64,000 nucleotides of DNA from Camelus ferus (taxonomy: Eukaryota), in NCBI RefSeq assembly GCF_009834535.1, contig NC_045697.1, forward strand, positions 80,974,001 through 81,038,000. The letters run 5' to 3'. The position numbers were made by a program, and so were the translations under genes. How positions within the stretch are numbered: the stretch's first letter is position 1; each line of letters opens with the position of its first letter. Of this stretch, positions 42,875-55,419 are shown piece after piece. Under the pieces are notes generated by a model. The model did not search any database, had not been told where the DNA came from, and worked only from the letters and a program-made list of their open reading frames with translations.

Positions 42875-43050
42875 ATAAGAGGTATGGTATGGCATAGGAG
42901 TATGGGATTTGGAGTCAGAAAAACTTGAACCTGAATCTTGACCTTGTAATCCTGGTCAGGTGACTTCGTCTCTCTAATTTTCATTTTCCTCATCTGTTTA
43001 AAATTGATTTTGCTATGCTAACGTAAGGTAATGTGTGGAAGGCACTTAAC
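42875..43050 (+). mobile_element. MIR SINE just upstream of the last UGT8 exon
   Basis: tttggagtcagaa...tttcctcatctgt...aatgtgtggaaggcactta. Confidence 0.7.
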
Positions 43051-43155
43051 CAAGGATAGTTGTTTTTTTTAATCTTCCCCAGTTTTAAATTTAGGGAGTC
43101 ATGATCCTGAGCTTGTCTCGACATGATCATTCTGTGTCTTGCCTCCCCTCCGCAG

Positions 43156-43519
43156 CTACCGCCAGACGGCTCAGAAGCTTTCAGAAATCCACAAGGATCA
43201 ACCTGGTCACCCCGTCAATCGGACTGTCTATTGGATCGATTACATCCTCCGTCACAACGGAGCCCATCACCTACGGGCCGCCGTCCATAAAATCTCTTTC
43301 TGTCAGTATTTTTTACTGGATGTTGCCTTTGTGCTTCTGCTTGGTGCTGCCTTGTTTTACTTCCTCTTGTCCTGGGTGACAAAATTTATCTACAGAAAAA
43401 TCAAAAGTTTGTGGTCGAGAAATAAGCATAGCACGGTTAATGGACATTACCATAATGGCATTCTCAATGGCAAGTACAAAAGAAATGGCCATATTAAACA
43501 CGAAAAGAAGGTGAAATGA
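43156..43519 (+). CDS. UGT8: UGT8 last coding exon (364 nt incl. TGA), YRQTAQKLSEIHKDQP...FLLDVAFVLLLGAALFYFLLSWV...HIKHEKKVK*
   Basis: Acceptor cccctccgcag|C. Encodes a C-terminal TM helix and a cytosolic tail ending in the dilysine ER-retrieval motif KKVK. Stop at 43517-43519. Confidence 0.98.
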
Positions 43520-43869
43520 GCCAACAGCCCACCCGATAGTAACAAATCTGTTCAGGCATTGAATTTTTATGGCTATAATTTAGTCTAACCACCACTAAAA
43601 GTAAAACATCAGTAAACAATTCTAACACCCCCTTATCTGATCTTACTAATGAAATTCTGTGGAATTAAGATGGCTGTAAAAAAGCACAAACCTAAAATGC
43701 AAAAAAATGTATTTTATTTGAATACTGATGCAGAGAGTGTTGGCACTGAACCTTGTAGAAGCCTTAATTATTTAAATCAATTAAGTGACTGTGTCAGACC
43801 TTAGTTTTAAATCTTGATATATGTATATCCCAGTAAGGAAGGGTTTCTTTTCTCTTAAAAAGACTCGTT

Positions 43870-43874
43870 TGTGT

Positions 43875-43916
<42 letters not shown>
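43870..43916. repeat. (TG)n microsatellite in the UGT8 3' UTR
   Basis: About 23 near-perfect TG units with one interruption. Confidence 0.95.
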
Positions 43917-43918
<2 letters not shown>

Positions 43919-45436
43919 CCTAATTCAGAGGATTTTAGCTGGCTGCTCGTTATATTTGTTGTAGGTACAACATGTTCACAAATGAAATAGAAAGTTAGGA
44001 TCCAAATGTTTCTTTTCTAGATTTAAATATATATGGGAACTCAGAACACTACCGTGAAAGAACACTTTTCCCTCAAAAGTGAATGCAGAGGAAGAAAATG
44101 GAAAGATAAATGGCACCAGTTTTTATCCTTTTAGGGGGTTTTGTTTATTTGTTTCAGTTTTTGTTTCGTTTTGTTTTGTTCTTTTGTTTTTGTTTTCCTC
44201 TTCTTACAGCCCTCGGGGAAAACCACGCACCTAAGTAAATGTGTGAATTGGTTGTCACATTTTACTTCTGTTTCCCCCTCCTGCCAATAATTTGCCTCTG
44301 GGAGAATTTTTATAGTTTTTTTCTACTTCGTTTTAATGAATAGCATTATGTTAAGTGTATAATTAAGACAAAGCAACAAAGCTCTGACTTTTGTTCAAAA
44401 TCCTGAAGATTACTGCTTATGTGGCATTTTTAAACAGGGCCATTATTTGAATGTTTTTGTAACGGTTTGATGGCTTTTCTATAACATAATTTTTGAATGT
44501 TCAGGTGTGATATTCCCAAAGTTTTAAGTTTAAAACCGCCTTCTTCATCCCATTTTGTTGTCTGGGCCATGCAGTCTCTCTGACATAGGTGCCAACGTTA
44601 GATTCTTTTCACTGGACCACTCACAGTTCCCATATGGGCACCTGCCTTGTCTGAGAGGTTTGGGGTCTGGTTAGCAGGTCAAGCTCAACCCAATAGAAAG
44701 AAGTGACAGAAGACTTGTACCACTTGTTTGGCAAATGCCTTCTTCCTTCCCTCCTCACTCCCTCCACTCCCACCTCGGCAGGCTCTTCGATCCGTTCTGG
44801 TGACAGGGGACAGTGACAGTATTCGTGTGAGAATAGGGGTTAAGTTACAGACATCATAGTATCAGGACCACCCGACCAAACCATTCCCTCGTTGGCAACT
44901 ATGAGTTTATCCCGTGTCATCCTGTTTACTTAGCATTTGCACTGCGCGTGTTGAGTGTATGCTTTATTTATTTGTAGTTTGAAATCTTATGTCTGACCAG
45001 AGTAGAAGAATAGAACATTTACCTAATGACATTCACTAACATGGGAAGAGTTGTGAAAATTCTAGAATGCTGTAAATCCTTGTCATACACTATGACATAC
45101 AACTTCATCACACGCCCACCAGGAGCCGCTCTCCTGTACTTAGAAATAATGTCACAAGTAGTTTTCTAATGTACAATGCAGGCAAATATATTGCTCCCTG
45201 AATACTTGAAGAAATGGTATTACACATATAAGCCTATTAGTTATACCTTTTCACAATCTTATAATATTGCCGTTAAAGGGGAAAAAAGACACAGGCAATG
45301 AATGGTGGGATGGTAACAGGACTTAGAGTGTATGAATGAGTTGATTTTGCTTTTTTGGAATTGGATGAAGTGGACAGTAGGCACTTAATTGGATGATTAA
45401 GCATAAGTTAATCTCCACTGTGATAAAAACTTAAAC

Positions 45437-45478
45437 AATAAACATGATTTAAAAATAGAGAAATGTTGTTGGAATAAA
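45437..45478 (+). terminator. Tandem polyadenylation signals of UGT8 (AATAAA 45437-45442 and 45473-45478; another at 45795-45800)
   Basis: Canonical hexamers with GT/T-rich sequence downstream. Confidence 0.65.
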
Positions 45479-48400
45479 ATTTTTATTCAGATTTTATTTC
45501 ACGATAATATGTATATTCATTATAAACGTGTTTCTGAGACAGGTCTCCCAACTTTTATATGTGTATATGAGTGTGAAAACAGTGTGTTACATGTGAGAAT
45601 TTTTTTTTTTATTATTTTTAAACAGAAGGATTTACCTTACAAGTACATCAGCATGAATCATAAAATTGTCCCAGAATTAAGAATGTTAAGTGTAGGTATT
45701 TACTGCTTATTGTTGTTTTTTTCTAGTAAGCTTACTGTTAGCCAGTTTTGGTAAAGAGTGATTTTAAATTTTCCACACTTGGGCTAGATTCTCTAATAAA
45801 AGTAAAGTTTTCAAGAAGGTATTTATTCATTTATTTTTCAAAAAGATCCTCTACCAATATTTCTGTAGCTGGTCATCATCATGTCGAGTGCAAATGAGAA
45901 TTAAGACATCAATCCTTTTTCCCTCTGGAGCCATAACTTTTACTCTCCCTCCCCATAGACACAGAGGCAGAATCTGGATATCCAGGATGGGAGGGGAGTA
46001 ATATTTGGGTTCAAGCAACGGTTTATGGCTGAAGTTGAAGAAAGCTAGAGATTCTCTCTTGCGGATGTAGACACATTATATTCCAATTTCAGGACATTCG
46101 CAGCCTCCCAAGTACAACATTGACCATTTTCTGGTAAAATCTCTGCTGATATTTATTTATTAACTTAGGTTTGGGGTTACTGTCCTTAAAGAATTGTCTC
46201 CAAACCTTACCCAGCCCCCTCCCCCTGCCCCCAGATTGTGATACACAACCCCCCTCTCCAACTGAGCTGGACTCTCCCCCACTGGATCCTCAAAGGGCTC
46301 CGATTCGAAACAGCTATTCATGTGATCTGACACCTGCCCCGGCCCTCCTCTTTCCCTGCCGGGAGCCAGCAGTGGTGAGGCACTGCGGAGACAAGAGGTG
46401 TTTTCCCATCCTGGTGTTTTCCCTCCCATTACTGTCTCCACCAAAACTGCAAGAATATTTGTGCTCAGATGACCCGATAGATGACCTGTCTCAGTGTGCA
46501 GCTTCCAGCTTTGCATAATAATTAGACACATTAGATGTTGCAGTTAGACACTGTGGCGCATAAAACTTGGCAATGAAGTCAACATGAAAGAAGTTAAGTT
46601 TGTTGTGAAGCATTTTGCAGACCATTGTACAGTAAGTACCTCTTCTGAAATACACAATTGTAGCGAACTGAAGAAAGAATATTTATCCACGAGAACTTAG
46701 GAACTGCCTTGAAGGGGTGGGAGCGGAAATTATTTGGCTTTCAGTGATACCTGTTACGTCCCAGTCAACATGCTAAGTATCAGGGGAGTTAGCAGATGAT
46801 AAGAGCAACCTCTCCTTCACGGAGCTTGTGATCTGGTGGGAGACAAGGACACGTTGGTACTTAAAAGGTAAAGTGCTCTATGTATGATGTATGTGCAGAT
46901 GTATGTGCAGGGCACTTGGGGACACTCAGGAGGCAAGAATACGTCAGAGAGCCTTTGTGTGCACCACAGAGCTCCACACTCACTCCTGGCTTGTGATGTA
47001 ACGCCCATGCCATCTGTTGCTTCATCAGGAACATCCTCAGGAATTTATTTTTTGAGTCGTATCTCAAACTCAGGCGCTGGTTGTCTGAGAGTCTAGACTT
47101 TGAAGGCTCACTCCAACATTTACTAATCTGTATCTTCTGAACTCCTTATTTGTATGACAACAATTACTCCATGAGCTTATCATAAATACATACACACACA
47201 CGTGCCCGCACACATACTCTGTGCCAGCCACTACACTAAATGTTTACAATAGTTTTTGTGTGTGTGTGTTTAAAACATTTAGCATAATGGCCAGCACAGA
47301 ATGAGCCCTCAAATCTATGGTAATGGTCCTGGATATACTAAACAGACTTAACTTCATATTTTTTGTGCTTTCAGTTTGTGAAAGTTCTTATTTAAGAAAT
47401 ACATTTTATTCATTCATTCACCAACCGTTGACCAAGCCTTCTGTTCAGCTGGTGGTATTTTAGGTGCCAGTGGTGCAGGGGCTATCACAGTTATGTCTTG
47501 TCTTTTCTCTTTATAGCTCAGCTATTCACCAAATCCCAAAATGCGGCTAAAATTGAATGACTCCACTTCAAAAAGATTTAAAAGCAAGAGAACTGAAATA
47601 AAGTGACAAAACAACTTCAAGGGAAAATACAGTGGTCTGCTTTATTATTGAAAATATAATTATTTTTTCTTTTTCTAAGTAATTCAGCTGGTTTGTAAAT
47701 ACAAAATCACATTAAGAGAATGCTTTTTTTGCAATTGGTATAATCAAAAACAATTTGAAATAGAAAACTTAAATCTTATATGACAAAGTTTAAGAATAAA
47801 TGAGTTCTATTAGCGAAATTCCCCAGAATATGCATTATCCTCCTTTCTTCTGAGATGGTAAAAATTTTAGCCAGCTTTTAAAGACATCATTTCATGCAAA
47901 AATGCTAGTGAAAATTTTGGCAGATAGCAAAACATTTTTCTAACAAATTTTAGTTAGCAGTGCCTCAGAAATCCATACAATTAAGATATTCATATTGTCA
48001 TTTTTCTACAAATTCTGCAAAATGTTACAATTTCCCAGTAACTTGGGTATTTGAGCTTCTGACTCAGGGCAGGGGGAGACTAGCTTGAGTGCTCTTAATT
48101 TTCAAAATATGGAAACCAAAAGGCACACAATAAGTATATAATTTGCACTCTTTACCTTTGGGTGAATAAGACATAATTTAAGAAATAATTCACATAATCC
48201 AGGAGATTTCTGATAATATGCCTAGTTTGATAAAACTGGCAGATTTATTCAACAAGCAATATATAATCCAAGTTCATACTGAAAAATTAGAACTACATGT
48301 AAAATTATACTGTGTTATTTACATAAAAGAATTACAGTGTAAATCTACTCAAAGTCTAACACCAACATTAAATATCTCAGGTGTTACAAAGCATTTTCAT

Positions 48401-50733
48401 TTATTAAGTAATAGAACCTGAAGCCCTCACTGAATTTTGTACAATAAAAAATATTTTATTGCTATGTTAGTTTCTATCTACAATTAGTTTTTACTCTCAG
48501 TGACCCTATTTTGTGCAATAAGTGATCATTTCTTATTACTAAGGCAGAGTTACTTTAAATTCAATATAATATCCACACTTTGAAAAGGAAATGTCCACTA
48601 AGCCATGAGTCAGTCCTAATATTATGATCAATTTTCCATCTAGGTCAAAAATAAGTAAAAGACAACATAACAAAAAAGTTTCTTATTGAGATCCTAGATA
48701 CAAACATAATTTTGATATTGAAGGCTCTGTTACTCTTAGCACTGCGATACAATGTCAAATAACTAAAATGTTAGAAAGGAAGAATTTTCTATATTTATGC
48801 TAATTCTGCTTTACATGCCCTCATGGAACTGTGATGGTATTCCTTACTTTTAGCAGAAAATGGTAACTTTGAGTATAAACATACCAGATAAATACCATGT
48901 AACATTAAATTCCATGTTAACGATGATGTGTGATGTTGTGTTTCTGGGTGACGTCTATGCATTTTGTTCACACATCGAAGGAACTGGTAGAGACCAGGTG
49001 TCTAGAAAAGCCCAAGGCTGTGAAATCACACAAATCATCAATTCTGCTTCCAACTCTGACTCCCTCTGGATATAACAAGTTCAACTTATGAACAAGAAGG
49101 TGGTTCTAGGTACTTAAATATGCCAATGTAAACAACTGGCTCAAGCGTTGTCCAATAGAAAAAAAAAAGCAAATACAAATTATATATGTGTGAGAAAAAA
49201 TACATAATGCTAATACTAACCTGTGTGTGTGCATGTGTGTAGTTAGCATCTAAGCTATATTAAACAATTTTTTAGAATTAAATTCTAAAAACTGAAACCA
49301 AAAATTCTTACTCTGCTTTTTTTTTTAAAGGAGTGACAGTATTACGGACTTAAAGTCTATTTGAAGAAACAAAAAACTCTTTGCCACCGAATCATGTTCA
49401 AAAGAACTAGAGACTTTTAGCATCTAAGTCAGACGTACCTCGGTGACACTTCTTGCTACAATATTGTGAAACAGGATGAACTTATTGTAAAATAAAATCA
49501 AGCTACTACTCTGAGTATATTCTTCTTTCTGGAACTCCCCTCTTCTTATTTATTCTAGAATAAAAACCAGTTTGAGATTTAGAAGTTTAAACTAGATCCT
49601 AGTTATGAGTAACATCTCTTGCAATGAATTCAACTGACAGTTTCTCAATGTGGGGTCTCAAGAAGTGAGAGCGAGGAAGAAACTGACTCACGTACCTCTG
49701 GGTAGATTCACAGATCCAAGAGAATGGCTAAGTCAGTCTGGCCATTTGTGAAAGCACAAGTAACTTAAGGATTGCGTGTGATTCCAGAGTTCATGTGACA
49801 TATTGTACAACCTGCCTTCCTCCCTTTCCTGCTTCCCCTCTTCTTGTTTCCAAGCTTTTGGTTTCTTCTTCTGGGTTTTCTACTGTTCAGTGATCTCTAA
49901 GTTGCCCTACCATTTCCAGAAACACGGCGTATAGATTGTGCTTATGGGTTTAACAATGCCTCTGTTTCTTAAATGGAGTGTGGAAACACAACTGGAGGTT
50001 CAAGTGTTCCAAATTACGGAATGCCAGATTGAGAAAATGTTCAACTGTGTTGAAAAATCTATTGTCTGCACGAGCTGAATGCCACTCAGGATGGAAGGTC
50101 CATCGGAAACAGTAATGTGCAGATGGTGCTTCTCTGCAGGTTTGGAAGGAACGCTACACTGGGCAGGGCGCCGCCTGGCCCTCTGGTTAGGGGACCCTGT
50201 GACCTGGTCTGGGGGCGTAGCTTAGTGATCTTTAAACTATCAAGCAGTGTGTACCCTTTCTTAATTCCCACTTGGTCAATTAACATTTTTATACAACAGG
50301 TTTGTACAAACAGAGACCTTATCTTTCTCCGGTGGGAGCCTGCCTATATTCATTACTAGGGCTCCAAAAAGGATCTTCTGCACCAGGCAGCATTGTATCT
50401 CTGGTTCTCTAACTCTCATTGATTTAGCGTCACCCGTACCCCTGATATTAACAGAAGATGCTGGAAATGCAGCCAGCTGTCAGGCAGAGCCAGAGAAAGG
50501 CCCAGGCCTGACAGGTGGCAGGCAGGCAAATCCCTCTCTCAAGCCAGGTTGGCAGAGCACTTACCTTCCCCACAGCAGCAGACAGAGAGCAAAGCAAGGA
50601 CACCCGGGGAAGGAGGCAGCTGTTTCAGGATCAAAAACTACCTCAGAATGGCTCTCATGCTCTGGATGAATGGTTCCTCCAACTGTGCAATTTGTTTTTT
50701 AAATAATAGCCCATCTTTTTTGTTGTTATTGTC

Positions 50734-50739
50734 TTTATT
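50734..50739 (-). terminator. Candidate polyadenylation signal (AATAAA) of the minus-strand EF-hand gene
   Basis: TTTATT on the + strand, ~200 nt after the exon F stop. Lies in A-rich sequence, so it could be chance. Confidence 0.4.
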
Positions 50740-50936
50740 TTTTTAAATTGTTGTTGCTGTTGTTTTCACCAAAATGAAGGTGGGAAGCAATAAAATCAAG
50801 CAAACACCTTTAAAGGTCCTGAATATGGGATGCAGGGAAGTCAACGGGATTGGGCAAATGCAAGACTTTGGCAATATCCAGGCATCGACAGCCGTGTGGG
50901 TCCTATCGTGTCATGGATGTTTCAGTGATGCCATTT

Positions 50937-50965
50937 TCAGCGTGAACAGATGTGATCCCAGAGCA
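50937..50965 (-). CDS. Unnamed EF-hand gene, candidate terminal coding exon F: (V)LWDHICSR*
   Basis: Acceptor gctgatgctccctgtccctccag|TG with branch-like ctgat. Phase 1 fits exon E. TGA at 50939-50937, AATAAA ~200 nt downstream. Confidence 0.45.
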
Positions 50966-50988
50966 CTGGAGGGACAGGGAGCATCAGC

Positions 50989-51052
50989 GTGTGTGTATGT
51001 GTGTGTGTGTGTGTGTATGTGCGTGTGTGTGTATATATATGTGTGTGTGTGT
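50989..51052. repeat. Compound (TG)n/(TA)n microsatellite
   Basis: Seen directly. Lies immediately upstream (on -) of the exon F acceptor. Confidence 0.9.
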
Positions 51053-51855
51053 GGAGATGGAGAAATGCAAAACACCTGTCTGCTGACTATTGTTCATTTT
51101 TTCAAGCAAGAAGGAAATGACAGCAATTTAATAATTTATTATCCTCTGATTCTGAAAGTAAATAGATTAAATCTAGCATTTGATTACATGGAATATTGTC
51201 TCATGGCCAACTGGGTTCTATTAACCCATCAGCTTCCGATGTTAGCGCTAATATCTCTTCAAAAGAATGAAGATCTGGAAAAGTTTCTCTTTTACTTTTT
51301 TTCCCCATTGAAATTTTCTCAGTTTATTGATCAAACACTTCCTTTTTATAGCTGTCCGTATTTCCTCCTGCTGTTCCTAACATCACTGGTTAAGAAACTA
51401 CTCCTAGGTATTTATTGTAAATGTGGAATTTGCTGTCACTTTTTATTCTATCTCACGGATAGTGGCCTTCCAGTTTTCTTTTCACCTCATCGCTCTATAC
51501 TACTTGAGCTTTAAAGTTCCAGCCTTAAGAGTGTCATCCTAAAATCCTTGTAGCAAGTACAGAGGATGACAGATCACTGTGCCTTTCCTTAACCTCCCTT
51601 CTGGTTAGAGGTTAAGGAAACCCTCTATTCATGCAATTAAACTGAATGACTTGTTTTCCCATTTATCACAGCATTCAGAATGGGATGTTCTGTCTGATAA
51701 TTTCGAGGTTTTCTTATAATCTTTGCTTTTGGAGTCAGTTGTGAACTAAAAATGTTAAGCTGTGGATTGCTTAGTTTGGGGCTGTTATACAGAACATTGT
51801 TCCAGGCTCCCTGTCCCCCAGCCTCACCAGTGTTCCAGCCCCTGAAGCCCCTTAC

Positions 51856-52032
51856 CAGTCAGTCCAAATGCTCTGATAAGTTCAGGGTAGGAGAACGTCT
51901 TGTTGTTGTCAGCATCAAATAGCTCTAGTTGCTCTTGTGCTGGTGTCTCTTCTCCTAGGAGGCTCTCTATCTCACTGTAAGTCAAATAGCCGTTGGCATT
52001 GTGGTCAGCACCATAGAAAAAGATTTGAAGAT
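51856..52032 (-). CDS. Unnamed gene, EF-hand-pair exon E (177 nt): (D)LQIFFYGADHNANGYLTYSEIESLLGEETPAQEQLELFDADNNKTFSYPELIRAFGLT
   Basis: Acceptor tctttcatttccacag|AT, donor CTG|gtaagg. Two 12-residue EF loops (DHNANGYLTYSE, DADNNKTFSYPE) flanked by amphipathic helices. Confidence 0.88.
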
Positions 52033-54208
52033 CTGTGGAAATGAAAGACTTTGCATGTTTCAACTCAGATTTTTGGTGTCAACCCAAACATCGACCACCC
52101 TCCAACACAGCACTTCGTCCCCACCGGCTTAGGGTCTCTGTCCCTCAGACACAGCAAGGTCATTTTGCTGCACATCTCTTTAACAAGTCAGTCGATTTTT
52201 ACCTTTCTTTTAACACCAGCTTATCATGTCTCTTCATTCTACTCTGAATTATCTGATCATTTCCTATACTTGTTATCCTGTTATCTGTGTTCTCATGGTG
52301 TTTTATAAGTAAACCATAAACTCAGTGTTTTTATTGTTTTCTATTTGCCTCATTGATTAATATAAGCCTTTTAATGGAATATTCTTCTTTATGTATACTA
52401 CAGTTTTTGATATATCTATTGGTCTTTATTCTCTACGAAAAACATCCATCTGACTAAATTCTAATGATCTTTCTATCCCAAATCCTTTACTTATTTGCTT
52501 GTATTCACGTCCTACCTCCTATTTTTCTAACATTTCTTCATGCTACATCAAAAGTAGCCCCCTCTTTTTGCTGTCAATTCTGAACATACGGACGTCTCTT
52601 CTGCTAAGCTGGATGTCATCTACAACATATTTTTTAATTTATACATAATCAAATGTTGTTCCTCCATTTATAACGCCACTAAATAACATCCCTTTGTCAG
52701 TATTCTTATTATCCTCTCCATCTCACTGCTCTAAGTACTGCCTTTATTAAAGCACAATCATACATTGTTTTCTGTGTTTCTAAAGTGCCAGGCACGGTAT
52801 GTGACACTGAGAATACAAGGGTGAAGAAGGCATAGACCCTGACTTCAAGGAGACAAAATCAGCAATTAAGACTTTTCAGCAAACAGTGGAATATCTGTTG
52901 TAATGTAGGTGCAGACAATGTGCCATTGAGGCATAGAGGAGAACGAGGGAGCGTTCCACTCAGGGCTTGGTTTGGTTGAATTATAAAGAATGGATAGAAA
53001 TGCACCAGGCAGAGAAGTGGTTAGAGGTGATTTTTGGAGGGCATGATCCTACGGTCAACGGCGTTAACTTGTGGAGGAGTGGAGCATATTAAGAAACTGC
53101 CAGTAGCTTGTTCTGACAAGAGTGTATGTGGCGAAGGAGAGATGACCACCATACTAAGGAAAAATATTTTCTGACAACAGTCTTCTCTTTGGCTCTTCAG
53201 TTGATCACCGCCAAACAGTCCACTCCGCATTAGCTGTGCAGCGTCTCTCCTGGGACGCCCGTGTCCGGACCCCAGTGCCGAATACCTGCCCCCACAGAAC
53301 AGCTCTCACCACTGTTGGTGTCAAGTTTCCTGCATTACAGAGCGTTTGATGTAATGTAAAGGCCCTTCTATCCTGCTAAACTGTAGAAAAAGACCAAACA
53401 ATAACACCCTTAAGTTTACTTTTGCTTGGCTTAGGAAATCTGCAAAGTAGTGTGATAGTTGTGACAACTTCTTTGCTAGTTTGAAGGAAAAGAAATGAAC
53501 ATTTTTTCGTCTGAAAATATGAACGAGTATGTTCAGGTAATGAAAGGATTTAGCAAAAGCAATAATTTATACATTAGTTTTTACTTAACATGATAAAGAA
53601 AAACAAATGCCGAGGAATAGGGACTGAGAGAGTACTCAAGAATGACAGGGACGGAGTGAGCTTTATGACTATCTAGGCAGTCGTGGGTTAAACGCACGTA
53701 CAGAGATTACGACATGACGTTGTCCATGAGAAAAAGAGGAATCACTATGGCAATGACAATAATATACAAGAAATATAACGATTGAATGTTCCATATTACA
53801 ATTTTTAGGGAATTTAAAGTTCGCCATGCATATCATCCAGTTAGCGCTTGTTTCCTTCCTACAGTTCGGGCACTGTTTTAGCAGTTATTACGGTTTTTAC
53901 TCATCTCCATTTCACAAAAGCTTGTATTCCAAACACCAAACCCGGGTCCCAGCATCAGGTCAGCTGTGACTGCTAAAGCTTCCCCAGAGCACGGAAGGGA
54001 CGGCTGGGCAAACCCAACCTCAGGGTGGTTGAAGGAACCACGTGTGGGAAATGAAGCTATTGTGACATCTGACCATTAATTCTATAGTGAGCTCTCTTCT
54101 CGGATACAATGACTTCTCTGCCAGTGGGTGAATCGAGTTAGGCTATAAAGTTCAGAAAGTTTTCAGGAAAATTCCAGGAAGCGTCTACATGTATCTTCTA
54201 ACACTTTA

Positions 54209-54283
54209 AAAAAATTTTATTTATTCTTTATTTTTAAAGGTTTTTTTTTTTTTATTGAAGTATAGTCAGTTTATAATGTTGTG
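54209..54283 (-). mobile_element. Extremely truncated L1 3' end with 15-bp TSD
   Basis: T-rich tail plus ttgaagtatagtcagtttataatgttgtg. Perfect TSD TCTTCTAACACTTTA at 54194-54208 and 54284-54298. Confidence 0.9.
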
Positions 54284-55419
54284 TCTTCTAACACTTTACT
54301 CAGGTTTGATTAGCTTGTGTGACCTCGATGGGCCTGTTGTATCCCTGCAGCTGCCAATAAGTGACACTCCTCAGGGAGGAAGGGAAACTTTTTTTTTCTT
54401 GATCCTGACTTAATTTTGGAGAAAGTGAGAAAAAAATAAAAAAGGCTGGGGATGCGAGCAGCTTTGAGTTTTTTTTTTTTCCCATAGAGGCTGAGAATGG
54501 TAGAATCATCTAATAGATTCAAAACTCCAAGTATAGCTATTGATATTTTGAATTACGTTTGGTTCCATATTAAGTCCAAGGATGCATTTATATGAAGGTT
54601 AAAAAAACAGGCTTTAGCTGTCTGATAAGCTGCCAAACCTGGGCATTTAAGATAACAGAGCTGGCTGAACAGCAGTAGCTGCGCTGGGAAAGCTGAGACT
54701 GGCATCACGCCTGTGCAATGAAAAGTGATTTAAATGTCAGCTCCAAGGGAACCTCAGCCACATCCTCCACTGCTCCTCCCGCTAGAAGTTTTGTTCAAGC
54801 GCTTTCGACCAGGAGAGAATCCAAAGTTTCTTCTCTCCAAATCATACCCACAATTTTCTTCTGAAAGTAAAGTAAAAAATGCAAACTATGATATGCAAAT
54901 ATCATTGATGTTCAACAAACCAAAGGTATCACAGACTTCATTTCACACTCACTTTAGAGAACGTGAGTGATATCATTCCTAGAGGACGTTCTATTTGGGG
55001 TCACTACTTCATGCTTAGGTTGACAGCTGCTTGGCCAAGATTTATGGACAGTTACACTTGAATATAAGTTTCTTTTAAGGAGGTTGGATTAGTGGCCTTT
55101 AAGGTTTTTCCAAATAGTGAATGGGCCATCGGACAAATTAGTATAATATTTGCTTGGTGTTGTCAAAGCCACTGACCTTTTCTTCTTTTCCTCTGCAGTT
55201 ATCACCTGGAGCCAAATCTGAGCTCTTTGTCACAGGGACGCTCCATTTCTGAAATGTTCTACTGTAGGATCTCACTCTCCGGCTTAGCCTCCTGTTACCC
55301 CAGTACCCAGTTCTACTGCACTTCATTGGCATCCAGGTTCCATACCTTTTCCATTTTCTCTCTATCTAAAAGGTTCTTTTTGTAAGTTGTTTCATTTCGT
55401 TTTGTTTTTTTAAAGTAAG

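Larger units (their letters stand above)
43520..45480 (+). other. UGT8: UGT8 3' UTR (end approximate)
   Basis: Follows the stop codon, has no recognisable transposon, and ends at clustered AATAAA signals. Confidence 0.75.

Noticed and set aside
46160..46531. Overlapping 123-aa (-) and 115-aa (+) ORFs in a locally GC-richer patch downstream of UGT8
   Set aside because: No domain and no convincing splice sites. Open frames are expected at this base composition.
50774..51514. Longest ORF in the track (246 aa, + strand)
   Set aside because: Runs through a (TG)n microsatellite (VCVCV...) and T-rich sequence. No recognisable domain, and it is antisense to the EF-hand gene's 3' region.
53200..53380. 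Minus-strand exon-like segment (tttttctacag| ... GTG|gtgaga), relatively CpG-rich, between exons D and E
   Set aside because: All three frames from that acceptor hit stops. The open variant from nearby AGs ends in phase 0, which is incompatible with the phase 1 D-E junction.
55171..55200. Strong + strand acceptor-like sequence (ctgaccttttcttcttttcctctgcag), which also reads as a - strand donor
   Set aside because: No partner splice site giving a phase-compatible open exon on either strand.
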